From a virus (taxonomy: Duplodnaviria; Caudoviricetes), in IMG/VR virus record IMGVR_UViG_3300031999_000020, positions 1-60,654 of that record: DNA of 60,654 bases; one strand, written 5' to 3'. The position numbers and the translations under genes are program-made. Positions within the stretch are counted from its first letter, which is position 1. The number at the start of each line of letters is the position of its first letter. Below are positions 8,147-16,724 of the stretch, one piece after another. The notes under the pieces were generated by a model, which saw only the letters and a program-made list of their open reading frames with translations, did no database searches and was not told the origin of the DNA.

Positions 8147-9388
8147 ATGACGCACACCCTGCAGGACCACTCAAACCGCGAACACTCCGAATTTGGTGGA
8201 TCGGCTGCTGACCGCGCAATCGCCTGTCCCGGTTCAGTGGCACTCGGACGCCAAGTTCCAAAGGTTCTTGCAGGGCCGGACGCAGAAAGAGGCACAGCTT
8301 GTCACGAAGTGCTGGCTGAGCTTCTCTCTGCGTTCCTTTTATTTAAAGAAGACGGCACAGCGTTCGACGAACCCGCGATTCTCAGCAAACTTGCGGCTGA
8401 TCCGCGGGTCGGCGCTGATAAACTCACCGAATGCGAAGACGCCGTAACCAGCGCTGTCGAAGAAATCTGGGTCAAAGTGCTCGGCCAGTCAATTACAGGT
8501 AAGGCATATTTTATTGAGGAGTTGTTTCCGTACAACGAAGGGCTTGATATGTACGGCACGCTGGACTTCGGCGCTGTATATATCGACGACCGCGGACGCC
8601 GCGTGCTGGCCGTTGTGGATTTCAAGACCGGCCGCATTCCGGTATCGCCTAAGAAAAATGGCCAGCTCGCATTCTATGCTGCCAGTGTTCGGAAATATCT
8701 CAAGGCGAACGGCAAAGACATCGACCTGATACTTGCTGTTATTATTCAACCAAACGACTTTAGCTCTGCGGCCACGTATAAAGAAGCTACCATCACAGCC
8801 AAGCAGCTAGACGCCTGGGACAAGCGTATCATGGATGCTGCGCACCAGATATATGTCAAAAAGAAACCAAAGTTCAAGACCGGCGATCATTGCATGTGGT
8901 GCTCAGCAAAGCATCTCTGTAAGAAGTTTCAGGCTGATCTCTCAAAGAAGGCATCCCTGCAGCTGGTGGACGTAGCGGCGGACCTGCCGGCGGTTGAAGT
9001 GCTGACCGAAGCGCAGCGGCTTGGACTCGCTATGAATCGCGGAAAAATTGAAGCGTTCCTAAAAGCTGTTTATGTGAGTGTTTTGAATGATGCGGTGCGC
9101 GGAACTAAGTTTGATGGCGTAAAGGTTGTACTTGGAAATTCTCGGCGTAAATGGAAGGACGAACATGAAATTATATCTCTGGGGCTTATGGGCTTAGGTT
9201 TGGGCCTCAATGAAATTTATAGCTCAAAGCTTAGAGGAATCACCGAAATCGAGAAGAAGCTAGGCAAAGGTTCCTGTGATCCCTTTACTGAGAAACCGCC
9301 GGGCCGGCCGATGCTGGTGGCTGCGGACGATGTGCGGCCGGCGGTGACTGGCGGGCAGGAACTGCTGGATTTTGATTTAGAGGAATAA
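8147..9388 (+). CDS. DUF2800-like Cas4/PD-(D/E)XK exonuclease
   Basis: HSEFGGS..CPGS, AERGTACHE, GTLD, VVDFKTG, QLAFYA and GDHCMWC. Confidence 0.85.
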   Translation: MTHTLQDHSNREHSEFGGSAADRAIACPGSVALGRQVPKVLAGPDAERGTACHEVLAELLSAFLLFKEDGTAFDEPAILSKLAADPRVGADKLTECEDAVTSAVEEIWVKVLGQSITGKAYFIEELFPYNEGLDMYGTLDFGAVYIDDRGRRVLAVVDFKTGRIPVSPKKNGQLAFYAASVRKYLKANGKDIDLILAVIIQPNDFSSAATYKEATITAKQLDAWDKRIMDAAHQIYVKKKPKFKTGDHCMWCSAKHLCKKFQADLSKKASLQLVDVAADLPAVEVLTEAQRLGLAMNRGKIEAFLKAVYVSVLNDAVRGTKFDGVKVVLGNSRRKWKDEHEIISLGLMGLGLGLNEIYSSKLRGITEIEKKLGKGSCDPFTEKPPGRPMLVAADDVRPAVTGGQELLDFDLEE

Positions 9389-9420
9389 ATACTTCTAAAA
9401 CTAAGACTAAGACTAAATAA

Positions 9421-10347
9421 ATGAAAAAGGAAACAATAAAAATGGACTATTCAAAGATCAAGCAAGATAAGACTAAATACAAAAACATCTGGGGCGATTC
9501 AATCGGAACTCCGACCGGCTTTGTGGTCTGGCCATACCTGGCTACGCCTAAAGCCGGGACAGACCCGAACACCGGAGAGCCAACTAAGCCGAAGTACGAG
9601 ATAACGCTGATGCTGCCGAAGAAGAATAAGGATACCAAGAAGTTCTTGGATATACTTACTCCTTACGTAACCGCGCAGCTGGCGTTACTCAAAAAAAATA
9701 CGGGCAAGCAGGTTTCGTTTGACTGTATCTTCAAAGATGGTGATGACGAAAAACACCTGAAGTACGGCAAGTTCTATGCCGGCAACTGGCTGATTATGGC
9801 AAGGCATCCTGAACAACCGTGTGTTGTCAGCACTAAGCGCGAAGGTGAAGGGTGGCAGGAAATCGAACCCGCATTCGTGCAGGGCGGTATGCGCTGCCGG
9901 TTGGTAATCAGCCCGATGGTTACCTCACAGGGCGCGCTTAGCTGGCGCCTGACCTGGGTGCAGTTCGTTGAAGACACCGGCGAGCGTTTCGGCGGCGGAT
10001 TCGATAAGAAAGCCATGGGCGGATTGCTGTCCGGCGATGACTTTGATGCATCTGATGGTGAAGTCAGCGCAGCTGACGCGGTTGAAGACACCGAGGACGC
10101 TGAAGAGGACGAAGTGGTCGATGCCGATGCTGAAGAAACAGCGTTGGATAACGACGTTGATGAAGACGCTGCGGATGACTCGGAAGAAGAGGAAGAGGAA
10201 GAGGAGGAAGAGGAGGAGGAAGACGGCGACGACGAGCCGTTTGAACAGAAACCTCCGCCGTTGAAGAAACGCGGCCGTCCGGCGGGCGCGGTTAAGATGA
10301 ATACTCCACTTAGACGCGGTAAAGGCGCACTGATTGATCGGTTGTAA
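9421..10347 (+). CDS. DUF2815 / T7 gp2.5-like ssDNA-binding protein with long acidic tail
   Basis: WPYLATP..PKYEITLMLPK, KDGD and VQFVEDTGERFGG; follows the DUF2800-like gene; D/E-rich tail. Confidence 0.85.
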   Translation: MKKETIKMDYSKIKQDKTKYKNIWGDSIGTPTGFVVWPYLATPKAGTDPNTGEPTKPKYEITLMLPKKNKDTKKFLDILTPYVTAQLALLKKNTGKQVSFDCIFKDGDDEKHLKYGKFYAGNWLIMARHPEQPCVVSTKREGEGWQEIEPAFVQGGMRCRLVISPMVTSQGALSWRLTWVQFVEDTGERFGGGFDKKAMGGLLSGDDFDASDGEVSAADAVEDTEDAEEDEVVDADAEETALDNDVDEDAADDSEEEEEEEEEEEEEDGDDEPFEQKPPPLKKRGRPAGAVKMNTPLRRGKGALIDRL

Positions 10348-10356
10348 CGCACGTGT

Positions 10357-10390
10357 GTTCGGCGCTGCTACATCAGCGCCGAACCTTTTT
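10357..10390 (+). terminator. Intrinsic terminator
   Basis: gttcggcgctg/cagcgccgaac stem followed by cttttt after the SSB stop. Confidence 0.7.
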
Positions 10391-10491
10391 CGAGTTCTAT
10401 ATGCCGTTAGGTCTTGATGATAATGTTGCTGGTATTTTTGAGAGTATCAAGCGGCACTCGGCTGAACCTAAAGCGTTAAAAAGGATGCCTT

Positions 10492-10959
10492 ATGAATCCA
10501 CCGAATTACGGAATCGTCTTAAAGAAAAAACTATCAAGGTCGGGACAGCCGACTGCCCCTTCATTTATGGACCTGCGTACCCGAGGTGTCAGTATAATCG
10601 TAAAACTGGATGAGAATTCAGAGTATCCGGACAAGCTAGAGTGGAAGCAGTTCGGCCGTGAAGTAACCTATCAGTCTATTTCGCAATTCACTAATGCGTC
10701 GCACGAAGCGCAGTCCAAGCATATTGCGAAGTTGATTGATAAACTTATTACTGAAGGCAAGTGGGTGCATGTCCACTGCCGGCTCGGCCGCGACCGGGCA
10801 GGACTTGTTGTCGGAATGTATCGGATTATCTACACAGGCGCCTCGTATAATCAAGTTAAGAAGGACTTCAAGAAGTACGGCGCGCCTTGGGAGAGTTACC
10901 AGGAAATGCTTAAGCGAGCGGCGGTGGCGTATGGACCTAAAAAATCAAGGAAAAGATGA
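10492..10959 (+). CDS. Protein-tyrosine / dual-specificity phosphatase
   Basis: P-loop VHVHCRLGRDRAG (CX5R) and N-terminal SRSGQP. Confidence 0.88.
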   Translation: MNPPNYGIVLKKKLSRSGQPTAPSFMDLRTRGVSIIVKLDENSEYPDKLEWKQFGREVTYQSISQFTNASHEAQSKHIAKLIDKLITEGKWVHVHCRLGRDRAGLVVGMYRIIYTGASYNQVKKDFKKYGAPWESYQEMLKRAAVAYGPKKSRKR

Positions 10960-11399
10960 TTAGAAAACTTGTCATAATTGGATACTCCCTTCTTGCGCTG
11001 TACTTTACCAGCTGGTCGATTCTTTGGGCAGCTGACGAGATTGACCGGAGGATTGCAGCCTACATGGCTCCAACGCCGGAGCCGGCTCCGCAGCGAGACG
11101 TAATTCGTTCTGCCAGCATGTGGACGCTTGAAGCTGGAGGCGACAGATCCCAAGGGGTATCTGGAGGCGCGAATATCACGATGTCAACGGCAACTAGGGG
11201 CGCGAGCATCACGATGTACGGATCGGACTATTTTGATAAGCCGGGGGATATCGAATTTCAAACCGAGCCGTTTAAGACGTTTATGGTACTGAAGCCAGAT
11301 GGCGTACTGGAGTTCAAGGTGCCGGTCGACGAGGCAGCACGCGAGTTTGCGAAGGTGGTTAAACAGGAGTGGCCTGAATATTGTGGGTGTAAGAAATGA
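10956..11399 (+). CDS. Hypothetical protein with N-terminal TM/signal
   Basis: ATGA overlap; hydrophobic N-terminus. Confidence 0.65.
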   Translation: MIRKLVIIGYSLLALYFTSWSILWAADEIDRRIAAYMAPTPEPAPQRDVIRSASMWTLEAGGDRSQGVSGGANITMSTATRGASITMYGSDYFDKPGDIEFQTEPFKTFMVLKPDGVLEFKVPVDEAAREFAKVVKQEWPEYCGCKK

Positions 11400-11584
11400 C
11401 CCAACTAGACCCAGCTGAGGAAAATCACCACGAATGCGATCCGGCTGATTTAGCCGATAGCGAGAGCAAATTCAGCGCCCGCCTTCGAGCACTCGTGCTG
11501 CAAGAAAGGCATAAGGAGCTGCGACTTTCAGATTGCGATTTGGAAAAGTTGGAATCTGACGGGCATGTAAAGGAGAAGTTCTAG
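11396..11584 (+). CDS. Hypothetical protein
   Basis: 62 aa; ATGA overlap. Confidence 0.55.
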   Translation: MTQLDPAEENHHECDPADLADSESKFSARLRALVLQERHKELRLSDCDLEKLESDGHVKEKF

Positions 11585-11586
11585 CT

Positions 11587-11841
11587 ATGTGTTACGAGGA
11601 AATACGAAACAGGCAAGTACGGACACGAAAGCCGACCCATTGCTGCTGGTGCGCAGAATCAATAGAGAAAGGCGACTTGGCGCAGTATCGAGTTTACAAT
11701 AATGAAAGTGGCGTTAGAATTGAGGGTCTAGAGGTTGATGTGGTCACCCACTGGATGGCTCTCCCCCCGCCGCCAACAGAGGGGGTGAATACCTGGATAA
11801 CGGAGGCGTTTTTGGAGAAGCTGAAGAAGGAAGGGGTGTAG
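11587..11841 (+). CDS. Mosaic protein: Zn-ribbon-like N-terminus plus DUF551-type C-terminal motif
   Basis: RTRKPTHCCWCAESIEKG and VTHWMALPPPP; SD aggag. Confidence 0.65.
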   Translation: MCYEEIRNRQVRTRKPTHCCWCAESIEKGDLAQYRVYNNESGVRIEGLEVDVVTHWMALPPPPTEGVNTWITEAFLEKLKKEGV

Positions 11842-12003
11842 GGTAGGGGAATAAACAGGAAACTTTTGAAAAAAAGCGGCGAATAAACATATTACGCGGC
11901 ACTTCCACGATGTGGCCCGTGTTACGAGCAGGCAGAAGGGGTAGCAGGACTCTTGTCGCATTAACTGTAAGGGAAGGATCTTTAGAAACAACGGAAGGCT
12001 AAA

Positions 12004-12981
12004 GTGGCGATGACAACAAAAGCGAAGATCGATTCTTCAACGTACGAAGAAAGGCAGACAACTCTATTCCAAATTGAGCCGGTGGCGTTAGTTGTAAATC
12101 GGTCAAAAAGCCCAAGGCGAGCTGCTCAGCCTGTTGCCGAAATTCCGCAGGAAATTGGGCGGTATGATCTGAATAGGATCTATCAGGCGGAGTGCGTCGA
12201 GGCCATGAAGAAACTACCGGAGGCAAGTGTTGATGTAGCTATTGCCGACCCACCCTACAATGCGAGTAAGGGTAATAATTGGCAGTGGGATAATTCAGTG
12301 GTTCTTCCAGGCATGGGAGGGAATTGGTCTAAGGTCATGGCAGATTGGGATGATATGCCACTCGTAGACTATTTCACATTTTGCTTGGCATGGTTGTCGG
12401 AATTAAAACGAGTCGTTCGTCCAACCGGATCCTTGTGGATACACGGAACTTACCACAACATCGGTATTATCAATTTTGCTCTACAGATGTTGAAGATTGA
12501 GATAATCAATGAAGTAGCTTGGTACAAGCGAAACAGCTTCCCAAACCTGTCCGGTCGTCGCCTGACAGCGAGTCACGAAACTATCTTGTGGGCGCACACT
12601 GGTGGCGAGAAGAAGAGGAAATACTATTTTGATTATGAGGCTTCAAAGGCGATGGAATGCCCTGAGGACTTACTAAAGGAAGGTGGAAAGCAATTGCGCA
12701 CCGTGTGGGATATTCCGAATAATAAGAAGCGCGAAGAACTGGCTTTTGGTAAACACCCAACACAGAAGCCTGTTCGTCTTTTGAAACGTATGCTTGAAAT
12801 TTCTGCTCGCCCCGGAGATGTTTTGTTAGTCCCATTTGCTGGCTCTGGTGCGGATTGTGTCGCGGCTAAAGAGCTAGGAATAAACTTTCTCGGATTTGAA
12901 ATAGATGAGTCTTTCGTGTCTATTGCGAATAAGCGCGTTGGTCACAAAGAGGTAAGTATTCCGTTAGAGGCTGTTGGATGA
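12004..12981 (+). CDS. Beta-class N6-adenine/N4-cytosine DNA methyltransferase
   Basis: DPPYN (motif IV) precedes HPTQKP and PFAGSG (motif I). Confidence 0.92.
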   Translation: MAMTTKAKIDSSTYEERQTTLFQIEPVALVVNRSKSPRRAAQPVAEIPQEIGRYDLNRIYQAECVEAMKKLPEASVDVAIADPPYNASKGNNWQWDNSVVLPGMGGNWSKVMADWDDMPLVDYFTFCLAWLSELKRVVRPTGSLWIHGTYHNIGIINFALQMLKIEIINEVAWYKRNSFPNLSGRRLTASHETILWAHTGGEKKRKYYFDYEASKAMECPEDLLKEGGKQLRTVWDIPNNKKREELAFGKHPTQKPVRLLKRMLEISARPGDVLLVPFAGSGADCVAAKELGINFLGFEIDESFVSIANKRVGHKEVSIPLEAVG

Positions 12982-13553
12982 CAAATGCTCTTAGCTTTGC
13001 CTTTATGGAAGATTCCGACGAACGTTGCCCGCGTTGTGTCGTGCATCCTATTCCTTCACTAATCAAATGGACAGGAAGCAAACGTTCCCAAGCTCTGGCA
13101 ATTGTGAAGTTAATGCCGCCTTATAAGCATTACATTGAACCTTTTTTGGGTGGCGGTGCATTGCTGTATGCGGCAGCTGTGCCTGGTTCTATAGCTGGTG
13201 ATATTTACCAGCCGCTTATCGAGCTTTGGAAGTTGATTCAACACTCCCCGGCTGTGGTTATAGAGAATTATCAAAAACAATGGAGTGCGTTGGGCGATGA
13301 ATTAGACAGCCTGGATCCAAAAAACCTTCCTTTAGGAGAAGTGACTAAATTGCAGCGCATTGAAAAACTAGAGTGGTTGTTGAGAACATTGCACGTAATT
13401 GCGAATAGGATGCAATTGCCACAACCGAACGGGGCGTTTTGTAACCCTCGGTCACCAAAAGAATGGGGAAAGTATATGGATGACTTGATTGACAACAGCG
13501 GCCTGTTAAGCCGAAACCCCCCGCCGCCAACGGATAAGGGTGAGGGGGGTTGA
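12978..13553 (+). pseudogene. Truncated Dam/D12-class adenine methyltransferase fused in frame to an unrelated small ORF
   Basis: LIKWTGSK, YIEPFLGGGA and GDI are present but there is no catalytic DPPY; an internal SD aggagaa plus in-frame GTG at 13341 starts unrelated sequence. Confidence 0.8.
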
Positions 13554-13562
13554 GATACTTAT

Positions 13563-13657
13563 GCCGCCCGCTGTACGTGAGGCCAACGGCAACCCAGTGC
13601 GCCGCATGAGCAACTTCTGGTGCAGTCTCATGGGCAGTACGGCGGGCGGCTTCTTTT
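13563..13657 (+). other. Structured intergenic element: 14-bp stem enclosing about 60 nt, followed by a U-rich tract
   Basis: gccgcccgctgtac (13563-13576) pairs with gtacggcgggcggc (13637-13650), then ttctttt; inner catgag/ctcatg. Confidence 0.55.
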
Positions 13658-13674
13658 ACGATTGAGAGGGGAAC

Positions 13675-13887
13675 ATGGATTGCGATATATGCGGAAGAAA
13701 AGTGGATTGGCATGACTTGAATCAGGCGCAGCAAAAGGGCGACTCACGGGTAATTTGCGCTGAGTGTGAGGCCGCGTTCGTAGAGGACGCAGAGCGTGAG
13801 TCGAACTACTGGCAGTGTGAGCGAAAGAGCCGCATCGCCCGCGCCGCGCTGGACAAGACGGACGGGAAGGGTGGGGAGAATGAGTAA
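13675..13887 (+). CDS. Small CxxC...CxxC zinc-finger protein
   Basis: CDIC...CAEC; SD gagggg. Confidence 0.65.
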   Translation: MDCDICGRKVDWHDLNQAQQKGDSRVICAECEAAFVEDAERESNYWQCERKSRIARAALDKTDGKGGENE

Positions 13888-14659
13888 ACTATCTCTAGTC
13901 TTCTGCGTCTTCTTAGCCTGCAATTCGTCTCCACAGCCGGCCTATCCTGATACTACAATACGACTCAAAATATACAATGTAATCGGTACTGATTCACTCA
14001 CTGAAGCAGAGGTATATCAAGCTGTAGACTGGGCCGAGTCTAAGGTATCTGCGGCCGGATACCATATCCAAGTCATTGCCTACAAGGAGCTGAGCAGCGG
14101 CAATGTCGATAGTAGGTTACTATATGACTTACAATATCAGGACGCACGGGTGGTGTTTGCTCAAACGTACTTGAGCGTAACTAGGGATCGTGAGCCCTGG
14201 ATTGCGCATTACTTCATATGGCCGCCGATTCAGCATGACGGTTTAAAGCTCTTTGGCGGCATGAGCAATGGTGTATGTTCACTAAGCAGTGGAGCCCTAG
14301 CCACGGGGCAAGGCGGCGCTTGGAGCAGCCACACCCCGCCGCGGCCGCGGATTGACGCGTCTGGTATGATTATCGCGCATGAGGTAATTCTCGGGCATGG
14401 CGCCGGCGGTATGAATCATCACAGCATTGAAGACGGATATTTGCCTAACATTATGGACCAGGCTGCCGGCCGGTTTGTGGATAGTAATCCTGAACTGTCA
14501 TACCTGCCGGAGAGTATCGCCGAAGCAGACAGCTGCTTAGGTCGTGTGCGAAGTAATTGGATTCGACGCTGCAAATCTGTTAGACAAAAGCGGCACTGTA
14601 TGAGACGATTTGATAAGAAGTTCATGCGGAGTAGTTCAACTTTACCGGTGTTTGAATAA
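13880..14659 (+). CDS. Lipoprotein, metzincin-like zinc metallopeptidase
   Basis: Signal with FLAC lipobox; AHEVILGHGAGGMNH followed by an NIM Met-turn. Confidence 0.65.
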   Translation: MSKLSLVFCVFLACNSSPQPAYPDTTIRLKIYNVIGTDSLTEAEVYQAVDWAESKVSAAGYHIQVIAYKELSSGNVDSRLLYDLQYQDARVVFAQTYLSVTRDREPWIAHYFIWPPIQHDGLKLFGGMSNGVCSLSSGALATGQGGAWSSHTPPRPRIDASGMIIAHEVILGHGAGGMNHHSIEDGYLPNIMDQAAGRFVDSNPELSYLPESIAEADSCLGRVRSNWIRRCKSVRQKRHCMRRFDKKFMRSSSTLPVFE

Positions 14660-14660
14660 A

Positions 14661-14933
14661 ATGAGTTCAAGAGTACGCGGTATAAACACAGATAATTTGT
14701 ATTCGCCGTTAGATTCGCCAGCCAAAATTCGAAATTGGTTCGAGAGCAACGATTGGGACTGGTTTTACTTTGCTGATTCTACTGTTAGTCCGGAAGCCGC
14801 AGCACGTAGGAGTATACCATTCTCACTGGAATGTAATGAGAGTTATGCCAGTGGAGCTATAACACCACCTGGTAAAGAAAGTCCCCGCCTAACCCTAATG
14901 AAAACCGCTTGGGCAGGAAAACCACTACCATGA
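14661..14933 (+). CDS. Hypothetical protein
   Basis: ORF fills the gap and is coupled to both neighbours. Confidence 0.5.
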   Translation: MSSRVRGINTDNLYSPLDSPAKIRNWFESNDWDWFYFADSTVSPEAAARRSIPFSLECNESYASGAITPPGKESPRLTLMKTAWAGKPLP

Positions 14934-15493
14934 CCATACTTTTTACTCATAATACGCCCTCCGCATATCCGGACAACTTTCACGTCATTAACGATGTGAT
15001 GCGTGCTAACCGACTGTTTAGAACTAACCGCGGATGCGAAGTCGGTGTTCGAAATGGGTTTTTTAGTCGGCATCTGATGGAACACAATCAGTGGTTATCC
15101 ATGTGGTGTGTTGATCCATATACCCCGTATCAGGATGTAATTGACTATCAAGACGAAGAATCTCAAGCCGCGGCACGCGCGAACGCCTTTCTTACGCTTG
15201 AGTGTTTTGGTGCACGCACGCATTGGATGTACACAGATTCGGTTGACGCTGCTAGACAAATCCCTAGAAACTGGTTTGATTTCGTTTTTATTGATGCCAA
15301 TCACGAATATAAATATGTGAAGCAAGACATCGAGGTCTGGGCACCATGTATCAGGCACGGCGGACTGCTTTGCGGCCATGATTGGACGATGGCGGGTGTG
15401 AACAAGGCCGTCAAAGAATTCGCCGGAAAAGAAGCATACGAAATAAAATCGGTGCTTGGAACTGCAGACGTATGGTTAATCGAATCGAGATGA
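14930..15493 (+). CDS. Class I SAM-dependent methyltransferase (Methyltransf_24-like)
   Basis: GCEVGVRNG, CVDPY, FDFVFIDANHEY and GGLLCGHDW. Confidence 0.88.
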   Translation: MTILFTHNTPSAYPDNFHVINDVMRANRLFRTNRGCEVGVRNGFFSRHLMEHNQWLSMWCVDPYTPYQDVIDYQDEESQAAARANAFLTLECFGARTHWMYTDSVDAARQIPRNWFDFVFIDANHEYKYVKQDIEVWAPCIRHGGLLCGHDWTMAGVNKAVKEFAGKEAYEIKSVLGTADVWLIESR

Positions 15494-15963
15494 TCCCCAG
15501 TATGTTTATACACGGAGGAAAGGGCACACCAGAGTATGGTGTAGGGAAAGATATGAAACGGCGTTGTTACGCAAAGAATAGACGGCATTATCGTTGGTAC
15601 GGCGCAAAAGGTATTAGGGTATGTGCGCGCTGGTTACATGATTTTTCGGCTTTTTTGGATGATATGGGCGCTAGGCCGGCAGATTGCACAGATATAGATC
15701 GTATAGATTCTAGTGGTAATTATTGTCCAGAGAACTGTCGATGGGTCGATAAAATAACGCAAGCTCAGAATAGATCAAATAATAGACTGATTACGCATAA
15801 AGGACAAACGCGCACGATGTCCGCCTGGAGAATATTACTTGGTATGTCCCAGGGAGCGCTACATAACAGATTAGACCGTTCGTGCATGTCTATTGACGAA
15901 GCGTTTACTAAACCAGTTCGTATATCTAAAGGAATTTATAAACAATTAAATATAATTGCATGA
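15490..15963 (+). CDS. HNH-type homing endonuclease-like protein
   Basis: MKRRCY..YGAKGIRVCARW..DMGARP..IDRIDSSGNYCPENCRW..QAQNR. Confidence 0.85.
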   Translation: MIPSMFIHGGKGTPEYGVGKDMKRRCYAKNRRHYRWYGAKGIRVCARWLHDFSAFLDDMGARPADCTDIDRIDSSGNYCPENCRWVDKITQAQNRSNNRLITHKGQTRTMSAWRILLGMSQGALHNRLDRSCMSIDEAFTKPVRISKGIYKQLNIIA

Positions 15964-15966
15964 TAT

Positions 15967-16722
15967 ATGTATAATATGAAGCTAGGTCGATTACCCTCTC
16001 TTATAGATAAGCGCACACTAATACTTTCGAAGTATTTACCGAAAAAAATACCTACCAGTCCTAGAACTGTTCGATGGGATTTAGCCTGTAATGGGGTATT
16101 CAGTCTAGGAAAAAATGATGTACTTGGGACCTGCGTTACAGTATCCGCGGCTAATCAGGTCAATGTTGCTAAGTCTAATGAATCATCTGATCTTATACCG
16201 GTGCCAGATGCGGAGATCGTCGAGCAAGCGCGTGTATTGGGTGGGCTAGACGGTATGACTATTTTGGAGATGCTAAAATTTTGGCGAAACAACCCTATGT
16301 TTGGATCACGTTTAGAGGCATTTGTGCAGATTACATCCGACAAAGATGACCCTGATCTATTAAAATTTATTATTAACGTGTTCGGCGGGGCTATCATCGG
16401 AGTATGGATGCCTCGTGCATGGCAGACTCATCCTACATTCTGGGACACTTTGAATGTGAGTCGTAACTGGTTTAATTACCGTCCGGGCTCTTGGGGCGGA
16501 CACGCTGTCGTCGTTTGTGGTTATGAGCCGAGTAATAAACATGGTACCATTTATAAAGCAATCTCCTGGGCTAAGACTATAGACATTACACAGGATGCAA
16601 TAAATCAATATGTTGATGAAATCTGGACCAACATTCTCCCTGAATGGTACGCGGCCGATCAGAAAACACCCAGCGGATTTGACTACGCCGGACTGCAATC
16701 AGATATAAATTTACTGAAATAA
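15967..16722 (+). CDS. Papain-like (C1-type) cysteine peptidase
   Basis: NDVLGTCV (catalytic Cys), GGHAVVVCGY (His) and ISW. Confidence 0.75.
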   Translation: MYNMKLGRLPSLIDKRTLILSKYLPKKIPTSPRTVRWDLACNGVFSLGKNDVLGTCVTVSAANQVNVAKSNESSDLIPVPDAEIVEQARVLGGLDGMTILEMLKFWRNNPMFGSRLEAFVQITSDKDDPDLLKFIINVFGGAIIGVWMPRAWQTHPTFWDTLNVSRNWFNYRPGSWGGHAVVVCGYEPSNKHGTIYKAISWAKTIDITQDAINQYVDEIWTNILPEWYAADQKTPSGFDYAGLQSDINLLK

Positions 16723-16724
16723 CC

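Noticed and set aside
9774-10352. Antisense poly-Ser ORF and other long shadow ORFs (e.g. 26551-27066, 42720-43208, 57083-57637)
   Set aside because: They are reverse-frame mirrors of well-supported genes and show no recognisable motifs.
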